From the NCBI GenBank assembly GCA_963578625.1, contig CAUZEO010000001.1, forward strand, positions 14,188 through 78,187: a stretch of 64,000 bases of DNA, in the 5' to 3' direction. Source of the stretch: Kiritimatiellia bacterium (GTDB lineage: Bacteria; Verrucomicrobiota; Kiritimatiellia; SLOV01). The position numbers were made by a program, and so were the translations under genes. Shown here piece after piece: positions 46,060 through 56,323 of this stretch; position 1 is the stretch's first letter, and each line of letters opens with the position of its first letter. The notes under the pieces are model-generated. The model ran no database searches, was not told the DNA's origin, and saw only the letters and a program-made list of their open reading frames with translations.

Positions 46060-47045
46060 TCATCGGCGCAGGTACGATTCAGGAGCCCCGCCGGACAAGC
46101 GCCGGCCGTCGACCTCCAGCGTGAAGAGGTTCTGCTCCAACGGCTCCCGGAGCGCATCCTCCCGCATGGACTTGTGCGTCAGCTTTTTCAGGGATATCCC
46201 GTTGTGATGTCGAAGCACGACACGCATCGCGCCGTTTTCAAAGGTATCGCTCTCATCGCCTTCCACAAAGCGGGGCGCCGTGTCCGGCGGTGCCTGCAGT
46301 GGGGTAAATTCCGGTGCCATATCGATCGCCGGCAGGGGCGGAAAGTCCTCGTGACTGAACGAAAGATCATCCTTGTTGGCGTTGCGGTTGAGGAGAACCA
46401 TCCGGACCATGTATTCGCCGGCAAAGCCGTCCTTATTTAGGGGGCGCGGCATCCACGTCGCGCCGGCATCGGTTGATCGGGAACTGCAGCCCTGATCCTC
46501 AAATATGTCGATGCTGATCACCAGCCGGTCGTCGTTCTCCGGTGAATCCGAGCTGGGGTGGATGACGATCTCATTCGGACCATGGACGAGCTGCTTCCCG
46601 GGAATGTCGAAGTCGAACCAATTGATGGCCAGCCGGATGTCGAACCAGCCCCATCCGGTGCTGACGAGGTTCTCCGTAGGGAACGTGTTGGTATGACCGT
46701 TCACCATCACCTGAAACGTCCCGTCGAGACCATCGCCCTCGTCGTCCTGCGCGTGCATGAAGATGTTGACCCGGGCCGACTCGATGGCGGCAAAGTCCTG
46801 ATCCGAGAGATCGGTCAGATCCAGGATTTTCTTGATTCGCTCCGCTGAGGGCCGCTGCGTGACGTGGCTGTAGTCCTTGTAGTTGTAGAACGAATAGTCG
46901 GCGGTGGCCACGAACACGCCGGGTTCGGGTTCGATGATGGTTGCAGGCTGCGCCGCGCTGACTACCGCGGATACCCGGGCAGGAGCAGAACAAGCGATGC
47001 GACGGCAGCATTCCGGACAAGGCACGCATGAGTCCCAACTGTCAT
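46060..47045 (-). pseudogene. Family-B N-terminal-domain remnant (frameshifted start, truncated after ~320 codons)
   Basis: Encodes the B-family N-domain (…VATADYSFYNY…FQVMVNGHTNTFP…ISIDIFEDQG…FSHEDFPPLPAIDMAPE…ENGAMRVVL…LFTLEVDGRRL) and then stops. The ATG at 47045 has an AAGGAG SD and a signal-peptide-like start in another frame. Confidence 0.55.
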
Positions 47046-47143
47046 TTCAATCTCTCTCCTTGTGTGTGGACTTCATCTACTCTTGGTCACCTACGCTGGG
47101 GGGGGGTGAGGAATCTACTCACGCGGATCCGTTTCGAGTGCTG

Positions 47144-49879
47144 TCAGGGAGCCGTCGAATCAGACCCCGGCCAAACGACCGCATCCACGAGGCGGTCGTT
47201 TCGGTGGATTTTCAGGACGAGGCCCGGCTGATCGCGTGCTTCGGCCGGCCAGTCCAGTCGCTGCCTTCCGCCGGTGAGCGGGAATTCAGCCAGCACGGTA
47301 CCATCATCGCCGACCAGCTTGCCGGTCATTCCTTTCGCGTCTTTGGGAAGATGCAATTTGCCGCCGTCGCGCTTCCACTCCACTTGTGCCAACTCAGGCA
47401 GTCGGGCAACGATAGCAGCTTTGCGGGCGGGAAGACTGATCGGGAGCACCGACTGATTACCCTTCCGGGAGGTAGACAATTCCGCATGGCGTAGCAGGTC
47501 GACAACGTGAGTGCCCGGTTTCGCATCCAGCAAGAGCAGATCGCCTTCCACCGCCTCGTTCCGCGCATTGTAGATCGTGTAGACCGTCTTTTCTCCCGCA
47601 GGAAATTCGTTGGCATAGACCTGCGGCATTAACGTGGGAATCATGGGTTTTGGGTATAACGCGCCGAAGGCATCGGCGTTTTCCTGCATGACCGCCAGTT
47701 CTTTCGGCGAGAAGCACCATTCCCGGTTGAACGCCCCGGTGGCGTTGAATATTCGCCACTCCGGAACTTTGGATAACACCTGGTAATCGAAAATCTTGAA
47801 GCGTGGAAAATAGAAGCGTGCGACGTTGATGCCCACAAATCCTTCCACCTCGCCGAACGTGGGAAGGATCTGCCGCCATTCGGATAGATCGTAGGACAGG
47901 GTGCCGTCGAAATATTGCCAGATCAGGTCGAAGCCGGGATTCTCGGTCATGAGCACCGTGTCCGGGTCCACCTGGTCGACAGCCATACGTACCTGCCGGG
48001 CGGCGGCAAGCTGGGCCTGGGCGTCGACCTGGTGATTCGGCTCACCGAATGTGTGCGTGTGGCGGTCGTTGTAACAGATCGGATTGTTCGCACCCATGAC
48101 GTCGATACGAATGCCGTCGGTCCCGGTTTCCACGGTCAATCGACGGCAGGTTTCGGCGATGTATTCCCGCCACTCCGGGTTGTTCATGTCCATGCCCCAC
48201 ATGGCGCCCATGGGCCACTGGTACCGGGGTTCGGGCCAGTCCTCGTGCTTTTCAATGACGCCCCACTCCGGGCCGTGGCGCGCACCGATGATGCTGGAGA
48301 GCGCGGCCTCACCGACATTGATGTAGAGCGTGACCACGTAGCCCAGCCGTTTCATATCATCCAGATAGCCGCGAAAGGCGGGAAGTCCACCCCACCGCTC
48401 GTTGTACCCCTGGAGGCCGTAGTCGCCCTGGTTGCCCCAAAAATACCGGGTCCCCTCCATGAATGGATCCCCCCGAATTTCCGGTTCGTGAGGAAATTGA
48501 AACGCAAATTTCCCATCCTGCATGATGGCGGACCGTTCCGACGTGACCACGTTGGTATGGCCTGCCTGCTCAATGGCGGTTTTCCGGTGTTTCTCAAGAT
48601 ACTCGTCGGTGACCACATCCCATTCCCAGTAGGAGGTGTGCTCCACCATGTCCAGCGGGGAGCTCAGATACTCGCGGGAGTGCTCGCCTTCGAAAATCGG
48701 GATGTGCCCCCATTGTCCTATATCAGTGTTGTACCCGTTTTCATTGTGAAAATGATGCGCCGCGCTGGTTCCCTCGAGGTTGAACCGGTCGATCAGTTTT
48801 CCCGGATGAGGCCGCTGATGCGCGAAGCTCTCGAACCAGGACCGGTAGGCCTCCATGGCCTGGCGCCAGTCCCCATTGCAGACGCCGAGCACGGCGGTGG
48901 GAAGAAACCAGCGCTCGTCGGGTTCGAGGTTACGTTGTTGATACGTGAACGCCATAGAGGTGCCGGGTTCCGCTTCCAGCGGATCGTGAAACACCAACTC
49001 TCTCACCAGCCGGCCATGCCTCATGGCTTCCTCGGTGGTCCGAAATCCAAACTCCGTCCGACCGTCGGGGACGTTTGCCTTGTTCAGGTGCATGATCTTG
49101 AATTCGCCGGTCTGATCTGCGGCATTGAGATAGAGCCCCCCGCCCTTGTCCGGCCGATAGGATGCCATGACCTGGAAGTAGGCCTGTCCGCCGCCGTAGG
49201 CATTGGCGAACACGGCAGGCGACTTGGATAGAATACCGGTGAGCAACGGGTAGAAGAAATGATCTTCCGTTGGGTCGCTGTCCCAGGCGATGCCGGTGAG
49301 CATGGGAAAGGCCACGTTGACATCTTTCGCGGCAGCGCCCGTATTCTGCAACGACAAGCTGATGCGGAGTTCCGGACCCTCGTCGGCGCGGATCTCCACG
49401 GTCGCGTGAATACGCTGATCGCTTTCCAATTCGTAGCGGACAAAGGCCGACCCGGGAGGCGAAACCGGTTCGGTCCGCGAGGCGACCCGAAAAGCGCGGC
49501 TGTCCACCCGGTCCCCGTCGATCATCAACGTGAAAAACGGGCTGCCCTCTTCTGATTCGATGACGGACGCCCCTGCGGGACGATGGTGGAATTCGCGGAC
49601 CGCCAGTCCCGGATCGGTCTCCATGAGCATACGGAACCACCCGTTCTCCAGCGTGTCCGCGCCGGATTGAGACGTGATGGTTGCAGCTTGCGATGCAGGC
49701 GATTCGAGTTCAAGCACCGGCGGATTCAAGTCGATCGACTTTGCTCCGCTCGATGCGGCATGAACCTGTGAGGCCACCAGGCAGGGAATGAAATACAGTG
49801 AATAAATGAGTGTGCGTGCCACGGCGAAGAACTCCTTGATATTTTGATCCCAATGCTTCCGGCGCGAGCCGACGGTCAC
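47144..49879 (-). CDS. Family B copy B3, core-only variant (own signal peptide, lacks N-terminal domain)
   Basis: 911 aa. Begins with the signal peptide TLIYSLYFIPCLVASQVHAA and then joins the B alignment at IDLNPPV. All core blocks are conserved. Confidence 0.8.
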   Translation of the reverse strand: MTVGSRRKHWDQNIKEFFAVARTLIYSLYFIPCLVASQVHAASSGAKSIDLNPPVLELESPASQAATITSQSGADTLENGWFRMLMETDPGLAVREFHHRPAGASVIESEEGSPFFTLMIDGDRVDSRAFRVASRTEPVSPPGSAFVRYELESDQRIHATVEIRADEGPELRISLSLQNTGAAAKDVNVAFPMLTGIAWDSDPTEDHFFYPLLTGILSKSPAVFANAYGGGQAYFQVMASYRPDKGGGLYLNAADQTGEFKIMHLNKANVPDGRTEFGFRTTEEAMRHGRLVRELVFHDPLEAEPGTSMAFTYQQRNLEPDERWFLPTAVLGVCNGDWRQAMEAYRSWFESFAHQRPHPGKLIDRFNLEGTSAAHHFHNENGYNTDIGQWGHIPIFEGEHSREYLSSPLDMVEHTSYWEWDVVTDEYLEKHRKTAIEQAGHTNVVTSERSAIMQDGKFAFQFPHEPEIRGDPFMEGTRYFWGNQGDYGLQGYNERWGGLPAFRGYLDDMKRLGYVVTLYINVGEAALSSIIGARHGPEWGVIEKHEDWPEPRYQWPMGAMWGMDMNNPEWREYIAETCRRLTVETGTDGIRIDVMGANNPICYNDRHTHTFGEPNHQVDAQAQLAAARQVRMAVDQVDPDTVLMTENPGFDLIWQYFDGTLSYDLSEWRQILPTFGEVEGFVGINVARFYFPRFKIFDYQVLSKVPEWRIFNATGAFNREWCFSPKELAVMQENADAFGALYPKPMIPTLMPQVYANEFPAGEKTVYTIYNARNEAVEGDLLLLDAKPGTHVVDLLRHAELSTSRKGNQSVLPISLPARKAAIVARLPELAQVEWKRDGGKLHLPKDAKGMTGKLVGDDGTVLAEFPLTGGRQRLDWPAEARDQPGLVLKIHRNDRLVDAVVWPGSDSTAP

Positions 49880-50054
49880 CCCTACTTGAAAGTTCAGTAA
49901 TAAATCGAGATGGTTATGACATTTCTGCGAATCAAGTCCATCAAACTACGCACTTTTTCTTTCACGCCGGCCTTTACGAAAGGATTTGCATTCCCGGTCC
50001 CCGGGTGGCATAGTCCCATGTCCTATCCCTATCCACGAGGAGGATCCGGAGCAC

Positions 50055-51059
50055 ATGGCGAAACCAGTAGACCTCGCATTCATCGGTTGCGGTGGCATCA
50101 CGCAGTCTCATCTTGACCAGGGCCTGGGTTCTTTTCCCGACGTGCGGTTTGTCGGTTGGTGCGATATCAACCTGGAGCAGGCGGAGGCCCGGCGCGCCCA
50201 GGTAGACGGCCAGGGGCTGGTTTTCGACGATCCGGAGAAACTGCTCGCTGAGACGAAGCCGGACGCAGTTTACATCATGCTTCCGCCCTTTGCCCACGGG
50301 CCCGTGGAGGACCTGGTGCTGGACCACGATCTTCCGTTCTTCGTGGAAAAGCCCGTGGCGATCGATGTCGAGACCGCCGTCCGCATCCATGAAGCGGTCA
50401 AACGCAAGGGTCTGACAACAACGGTCGGTTTCATGAACCGGTACCGGGATTCGGTGTTGCGGGTGCGCGAGCTTGTCAGCCGTTCCATGCCGGTCATGAT
50501 GCACGGAGGATGGCTCGGCGGAGGGCCGGAAGCGTATGAAGGGATCTGGAAATGGTGGGTGCAAAAGGACCAATCGGGCGGCCAGTTTCTGGAGCAGACC
50601 GTTCACACCATAGATCTTGCCCGTTTTCTTTTTGGCGAGGTGAAATCCGTCTACGCGACTCCGGTCAGGGACCGGAAAGATCGGCCGGATTTCTTTACGA
50701 TCGAGGATGCGTCAATGGTTCAGCTGGGGTTTGAGAACGGCGCGACGGGCAATCTGTACAGTTCGTGCTGCACGCCTGCCGGCGGCGGAATCAGCCTCGA
50801 TGTGTGGACGACTTCCATGCACGCGCGGTTTGATTCGTGGGAACACTCCGTGCGTATCGATGAAGAGGAGGGGACGCGGACTGAAATCAAGGGGGAAGAG
50901 AACATCTTCGCCAGGGAGGACCGCGCCTTCATTGATGCGGTCAAATCCGGGAGCGATGAAGGCCTTTTGTGCAGCTACGAGGACGGGTTGAAGTCGGTTC
51001 AAATTGCCTGTGCAGCGGACGAGTCGATGAAGACGGGGAAGGCGATAAGGGATTTTTGA
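50055..51059 (+). CDS. Gfo/Idh/MocA family oxidoreductase
   Basis: MAKPVDLAFIGCGGITQSHL…DAVYIMLPPFAHGPV…FFVEKPVA. The ORF opens at 49986. Confidence 0.85.
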   Translation: MAKPVDLAFIGCGGITQSHLDQGLGSFPDVRFVGWCDINLEQAEARRAQVDGQGLVFDDPEKLLAETKPDAVYIMLPPFAHGPVEDLVLDHDLPFFVEKPVAIDVETAVRIHEAVKRKGLTTTVGFMNRYRDSVLRVRELVSRSMPVMMHGGWLGGGPEAYEGIWKWWVQKDQSGGQFLEQTVHTIDLARFLFGEVKSVYATPVRDRKDRPDFFTIEDASMVQLGFENGATGNLYSSCCTPAGGGISLDVWTTSMHARFDSWEHSVRIDEEEGTRTEIKGEENIFAREDRAFIDAVKSGSDEGLLCSYEDGLKSVQIACAADESMKTGKAIRDF

Positions 51060-51315
51060 TTTGCGATTTTTGATTTGGTTGAATCGGCCGGTCTTTTATA
51101 GGAAATCGCGTCTTCTTGCCCCAACGGGGCATCGTAAGGATTCCGGGACCATCCCCACGACCAACCCCGAAGAGGGTTGCGTACGGGAGCTCAAGCGAAG
51201 GTCTGGGGTTGAGACGCCTTAGCCGAATTCTCAATCAGTCATCGGCATTTTTCGGACGGGAATTATCGGTAATAGAACATTTGTAGAAACCTTCGGCCTT
51301 GACGGCGTATTTTCC

Positions 51316-52221
51316 TTGCGTAAGAGCGTGAAGGGAGAGTACACGGAACCCATGAGTAATAACCACCATATTCCTGACGGTACAACCGTCCGTATGGGCG
51401 GGAAGGAGCTCGTGTTCGGGGAACACATTGTCAACCTCCCTGATGCGAGCTCAATGCTGGATGATGTAGAGACAATGCGTCAGCAGCTTGTTGACGAAGC
51501 GTTTCTTTTCATTCGGGGGCTCCACGATCCGAAGCTGGTGCATGGGGCGCGCCTGGAAATATTGAAAGAGGTAGAGAGGCAAGGCGGCATCGCGCCCGGA
51601 ACATCGCTTGATGATGCGGTGATTGCCGAGAACAACGGGTACCTTCCAGACGGAACCCGTATCGGAATTCAAGATGAAGTGGTTCGCCGGATGCCTTCGC
51701 TGCTCGGCCTTACGAACGGCGAACGAATGCTCGGGTTTTTCGACGGGCTCCTGGGTAGACGGGCCAACACCTATACCCACAAGTGGATCCGCATTTACCA
51801 ACGGGGCCACGCAACCGATATTCATTACGATGCACCGTACATGGGCCGAGACGCGCCGGAAATGGTGATCACCGCCTGGACCCCGCTGGGCGATATCTCC
51901 CTCGACATGGGGCCGATCACACTTGTACCCGGATCAAACCGGTTGGATCACTTGAAAGCTGCATATGGAAAGGAAGATGCGATCCGCGGCGAGTCCACCG
52001 GGTATTTGACGAACGATCCGTTCGACGTCGTAAACACGCATGGCCTCAAGTTCGCCACGACAATTTTCGAGCCCGGCGACATGCTCCTCTTCACGAAATA
52101 CATCCTGCACGGCTCCCTGGAGAACACCACGAACCGTTACCGTCTCAGCACCGACACACGGTACCAGCACGCCGACGAAAAGCATGACGAACATTATACG
52201 TTTGAGAAGCGTTCCGCCTGA
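51316..52221 (+). CDS. PhyH-like Fe(II)/2OG-dependent oxygenase superfamily protein
   Basis: HATDIHYD (H-x-D) and LHGS motifs with a PhyH-like layout. The start may be the Met at 51352. Confidence 0.55.
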   Translation: MRKSVKGEYTEPMSNNHHIPDGTTVRMGGKELVFGEHIVNLPDASSMLDDVETMRQQLVDEAFLFIRGLHDPKLVHGARLEILKEVERQGGIAPGTSLDDAVIAENNGYLPDGTRIGIQDEVVRRMPSLLGLTNGERMLGFFDGLLGRRANTYTHKWIRIYQRGHATDIHYDAPYMGRDAPEMVITAWTPLGDISLDMGPITLVPGSNRLDHLKAAYGKEDAIRGESTGYLTNDPFDVVNTHGLKFATTIFEPGDMLLFTKYILHGSLENTTNRYRLSTDTRYQHADEKHDEHYTFEKRSA

Positions 52222-52390
52222 GTAAGCAACGTTGTCATGTAGCGCGGTTTATACATGTATGATACTGTTTGGCTTCGTTTTTGATGCGCTCTGAAATTCT
52301 AACGTTTCGTGAATCAGCCCAGATCAAGATGCGCGGGGTTCAAACGGTGAACAGTAAGTTGTTGCTCCATTAGCGTACGGTCCTGCATTC

Positions 52391-55300
52391 ATGAACCAGA
52401 GATCAAGTTTCACTTCAGCTCGCCGAACCCTTTCGAGATCGTTGTCACCCATTATCGCAATCCTTGCGCTTGCGGCTGTGTCCACATCGCAGGCGAATGG
52501 CACCACAATTCTCCAGCCGACCGGCGGTGTCCACGTGGCCGTAGCCGACATGGGGTTTTACGATTTTCAAAATTTTGCCCACGTGGTACTCGCGAAGCCG
52601 TCGCAACGACTGAGGAAGGTGCTGGACCTGTCCGGCATTGATGAGCAGGCCTGGCAGAGGATCGGCGCGGCCGAAGTGAGCCTGTTCCTGCACGCCGAAG
52701 ATGCGTCAGGGGACGGACTCGATGAACATTTTGAAATTGTCGTTAACGGCCACGTGAACGTATTCGCTACCGAGGGCCTACGCCGTACTGGAATGGGATG
52801 GTTCGGGCACTACCTGCCCACCGGTTGGTTCGATTTCGCAATCAATGCGGACCAGCTTGTTCGTGGAACAAACGTGATCGTGGTTCAGAGAAGCGATTCC
52901 GCACAGGCCGGAGACGATGTATTAACCATCGGTATCGATATTTTCGAAGACAGGGGCCGGAGCTGGTGTTCGTTCGATCGCGGTTCCAGCTGGAGCCCGG
53001 GACCCTTGAACCGGCCGTTGGCGAGTGTGGGCTATCCCGACTACGGGCACTACGGAGAGTTGATGATTCGTCTCAATCTCTACGACGACGCTACCCGCCT
53101 GGGAAGAAAAGGATTTTCCCACGATGATCTTTTGCCGTTGCCGGCTGTGGACTTGAACCCTCCGGTAAAGCTGCTGCCGACTCCATCAACCTTCCCGGCA
53201 AGTGTTGCACTTGGAGGGGAAATCGACCGGCTGGAGAACGGATGGATGCGCCTGCAGATTGGGCATGCCAAGGGTCTGGCCCTGGAGGAGATAATCCATA
53301 AGCCCATGCGCAGGAACGTGGTAAAGGAAGGCCCAACCAGCCTGTTTGCGCTGGAGGTGGACGGGCGGCACGTGCAAAGCGCCGAACTGGAAGTGACGGG
53401 CCGCGAGCAGCTCGCTACGGGTTCGAGCGCGGTGAAGGTTGTTTACTTTCTCCGGGATCCGACCAGCGAGGTGGAAGCGAACCTCTCACTGCGACTGGAC
53501 AACGAGTCCGAGCTCACGGCAGGCCTGTATTTGAAGAATGCGGGTACGGCACCCCGCGGCATCAAGGTGGCGTTTCCGATGCTCACCGGCCTGGGGTGGA
53601 GCGAGGGATTCAAGGACGATTGGTATCTGTTCCCCTACACCACGACCGGAGTCATGCTGAAACACCCGGGGAAATTCGTAAATCCCTATGGCGGGGGAAC
53701 CGGCTCGGGGAACACGTTCTTTCAACAGATGACGTCCTACTCGCCTTCGATGGGTGGAGGCCTGTACATGAGAGCGAACGATTCCAGTGGCGGGTACAAG
53801 CTTTTTCATCTCACGCGAACCGATGCTACCGGATCGCCGCCCTCGTTTTCGTTCCAGGGAATCATCCACAATATGCTGCATGGCCAGGCCACGCCGCAGC
53901 TTGTCTTTCTCGAGCCCTCAAAACCGGCCGCCGGCACCAGCATGGCGGTCAGCTACATTCAGCGTGAATTGGCGCCCGGCGAGCGGTGGATCCTTCCCCA
54001 GTCCGTCATCGGAATCATGAACGGCGACTGGCGCCAGGCGATGGAGAGCTACCGTGCATGGTACGAAGGCTGGTCGCACAAGAGACCCTATCCCAGCAAA
54101 CTCGCCGCCGTCTTTAACCTCGACGGTGTCAATGCAGCGGGGGGCTACCACAAGGAGGATGGATACCATTCGGATTTCCACGAAGCGTGGAGCCGGCCCG
54201 CGGATGGGCTCGAGCACACATCCTACTGGGAGTGGGACGAGGTAACGGATGAGTACCTGGCCGAAATGCGGGAACTCGCCGCCCGCTACGGCAAGGAGTT
54301 CACCTTGTGGCCGGGCCGTCACGGGATCCACGGGGGAACACATTACTATCACGAAAGCAGAAAGGGAGACTACGGCCTGACCGGGTACAACGAACGCTGG
54401 GGCGGTCTTCCCGCGTTCCGGAAATACATCGATGAGGTGAAGAAGCAGGGCATTCTTGCCACCCTCTATGTCAACGAAGGGGAGGCCGGGCTGAACAGCG
54501 TTATCGGGCGGGAAAAGGGGCCGGACTGGGGCGTGATGTATCCGGACGGAGTTTACTTCTGGCCCTACTGGATGTGGGAAATGTGCGTCGACAACCCGCG
54601 GTGGCGAACCTACCAGGCGGATTTCTGCAGACGGCTGATCGCGGAGACCGGGGTCGACGGCTTGCGCATTGACGAATTCGGGGGGGCATCGCGCATCTGC
54701 ACCAATCCAGGTCATGAGCACACCTTCAACCGCCCCGGTCATTACGCCACGTTCGAGGCACAGACCGAAGCGTGCCGGCAGATCCGGATGGCCGTGGACC
54801 AGGTCGACCCCGATGCGATCGTGATGAGCGAGACGCCGGGAATCGACACCATGTGGCAATACCTGGACGGCGCGCTGAATTACGATCTCACGCAATCCTC
54901 GTACACCGGGGGCCGGGCCGCAAACTGGGAGGGATTCGTGGGGCTCAACATCTGCCGGTTCTACTTTCCAAGATACAAGCACTTCGACTACCAGATCCCG
55001 GAAAAGCTTCCTGCATGGCGGTTGTTCAATGCCACCGGGGCATACAACAATGAGTTTTTCTACGAGGAACTGGAACACTCCATTTTGAAGGAGAATGCCG
55101 ATGCGGTCGGTACGTTGAATCCCAAACCCATGATTCCCACGCTGCTGCCCAGGGTCTACGTCAACGAGTTTCCCGGCGAGGAAAAGACGATCTACACGGT
55201 GTATAACAGCAGGCACGCCGCTGTTTCGGGAGACTTGCTGGCGGTGCCGCACAGGCCCGGATTTCATTTCGTGGACCTGGTCAACATGGAAGAGGTGGGG

Positions 55301-55612
55301 TCACGGAAAGAGAAGGGCGTGGAGATTATTCCAATCCATCTTCCCGCGCGAAGCGCCACCCTCGTCGCCCACATGCCAAAGCTGTTAACGCTCAAGCGAA
55401 GCAGGGGGCGCGTCGATGTGAAATTGAATCGAGAAGTCCCGGGCGGAACGTTCCACGTGATGAAGCGCGATGGCCCCGTGCTGCCTCCTGCTTCCGTTGA
55501 AGGCCTGAAATTGAAACTCGATCACATCGAATTCATCGGGAACATCAAGGACCCGATGATCATCAAGCTGCAGGTAGGATCGAGGCTGGTGGATGCGGTG
55601 GTGGTGGACTAG
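52391..55612 (+). CDS. Family B copy B2 (secreted)
   Basis: 1073 aa, signal peptide, full-length collinear with B1. Confidence 0.85.
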   Translation: MNQRSSFTSARRTLSRSLSPIIAILALAAVSTSQANGTTILQPTGGVHVAVADMGFYDFQNFAHVVLAKPSQRLRKVLDLSGIDEQAWQRIGAAEVSLFLHAEDASGDGLDEHFEIVVNGHVNVFATEGLRRTGMGWFGHYLPTGWFDFAINADQLVRGTNVIVVQRSDSAQAGDDVLTIGIDIFEDRGRSWCSFDRGSSWSPGPLNRPLASVGYPDYGHYGELMIRLNLYDDATRLGRKGFSHDDLLPLPAVDLNPPVKLLPTPSTFPASVALGGEIDRLENGWMRLQIGHAKGLALEEIIHKPMRRNVVKEGPTSLFALEVDGRHVQSAELEVTGREQLATGSSAVKVVYFLRDPTSEVEANLSLRLDNESELTAGLYLKNAGTAPRGIKVAFPMLTGLGWSEGFKDDWYLFPYTTTGVMLKHPGKFVNPYGGGTGSGNTFFQQMTSYSPSMGGGLYMRANDSSGGYKLFHLTRTDATGSPPSFSFQGIIHNMLHGQATPQLVFLEPSKPAAGTSMAVSYIQRELAPGERWILPQSVIGIMNGDWRQAMESYRAWYEGWSHKRPYPSKLAAVFNLDGVNAAGGYHKEDGYHSDFHEAWSRPADGLEHTSYWEWDEVTDEYLAEMRELAARYGKEFTLWPGRHGIHGGTHYYHESRKGDYGLTGYNERWGGLPAFRKYIDEVKKQGILATLYVNEGEAGLNSVIGREKGPDWGVMYPDGVYFWPYWMWEMCVDNPRWRTYQADFCRRLIAETGVDGLRIDEFGGASRICTNPGHEHTFNRPGHYATFEAQTEACRQIRMAVDQVDPDAIVMSETPGIDTMWQYLDGALNYDLTQSSYTGGRAANWEGFVGLNICRFYFPRYKHFDYQIPEKLPAWRLFNATGAYNNEFFYEELEHSILKENADAVGTLNPKPMIPTLLPRVYVNEFPGEEKTIYTVYNSRHAAVSGDLLAVPHRPGFHFVDLVNMEEVGSRKEKGVEIIPIHLPARSATLVAHMPKLLTLKRSRGRVDVKLNREVPGGTFHVMKRDGPVLPPASVEGLKLKLDHIEFIGNIKDPMIIKLQVGSRLVDAVVVD

Positions 55613-56160
55613 CCGCCAACATCCACAGACCACCCGGATTCCGATGACCGCTGGGCGGCCTCAATGATCTTAATCGACTCGCGGACGCCGGCCGGATCCA
55701 CCGGAACCGGACCTTCTCCCATCAGGTGCGATGCGACCTTCTGATAAAACCCGCGCATGCGTTCGACGCCGGCGGGAGTTCGGCCCCTTCCACCCGGCGG
55801 CGCGGCTGAAATTTCTTTTTGGCCACCCGCGCCAACTCGACCCTTCGAGGGGACTGATGTGCTCGCGTTGCGGGCCGAATATTCCCGTAAATTCAATCAG
55901 GGAACAATCGAGGATGCGTCCGTTGCGGGCCTGTACGTACCCGTCCCAGCAGAAGTCCGTGTGATGAAAGGCGTGCTGGGCATACCAGAACCAGTATCCC
56001 CACTGGATGCGGATGGAATAGGTTTCTTTCGCGGCCGGACCATACCGGAAGAGGAGATCGCCGTCCTAACGAAACGTTCATTCGAAAATAGTTTGGAGGC
56101 ATCAATGATGGAATGTAATCGATCAGGCCCGGGATACGCATTTATGTCTGAGTTCCGCCT
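55609..56160 (-). pseudogene. Possible remnant of an oxidoreductase (Gfo/Idh/MocA-like C-terminus)
   Basis: Two minus-strand frames give …DGDLLFRYGPAAKETYSIRIQWGYWFWYAQHAF… and …GFYQKVASHLMGEGPVPVDPAGVRESIKIIEAAQRS…, joined only by a frameshift. There is no intact ORF. Confidence 0.3.
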
Positions 56161-56271
56161 TTAGGCGGAAGCAGTTATCCGGCTTCAGCCGGGAATACAC
56201 CGCCCGGAATCATTCCTGTTACCGGGTCGCTGAAGCTCCCCCGGGCTTCCGCCTGAAGGCGGAACTCAGAC
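56146..56271. repeat. 126-bp palindromic element with 27-bp terminal inverted repeats
   Basis: gtctgagttccgcctttaggcggaagc … gcttccgcctgaaggcggaactcagac (26/27). Each arm is itself a hairpin, and the interior holds ccggcttcagccgg. Confidence 0.65.
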
Positions 56272-56323
56272 CTCTCCCACGTCTGGACTTATCGCTGGGA
56301 AATTGGGTGCTTGTGGTGAGTTT

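Noticed and set aside
55757-56164. 135-aa plus-strand ORF
   Set aside because: No recognisable motifs. The opposite strand carries remnants of an oxidoreductase, and the region looks like decayed DNA.
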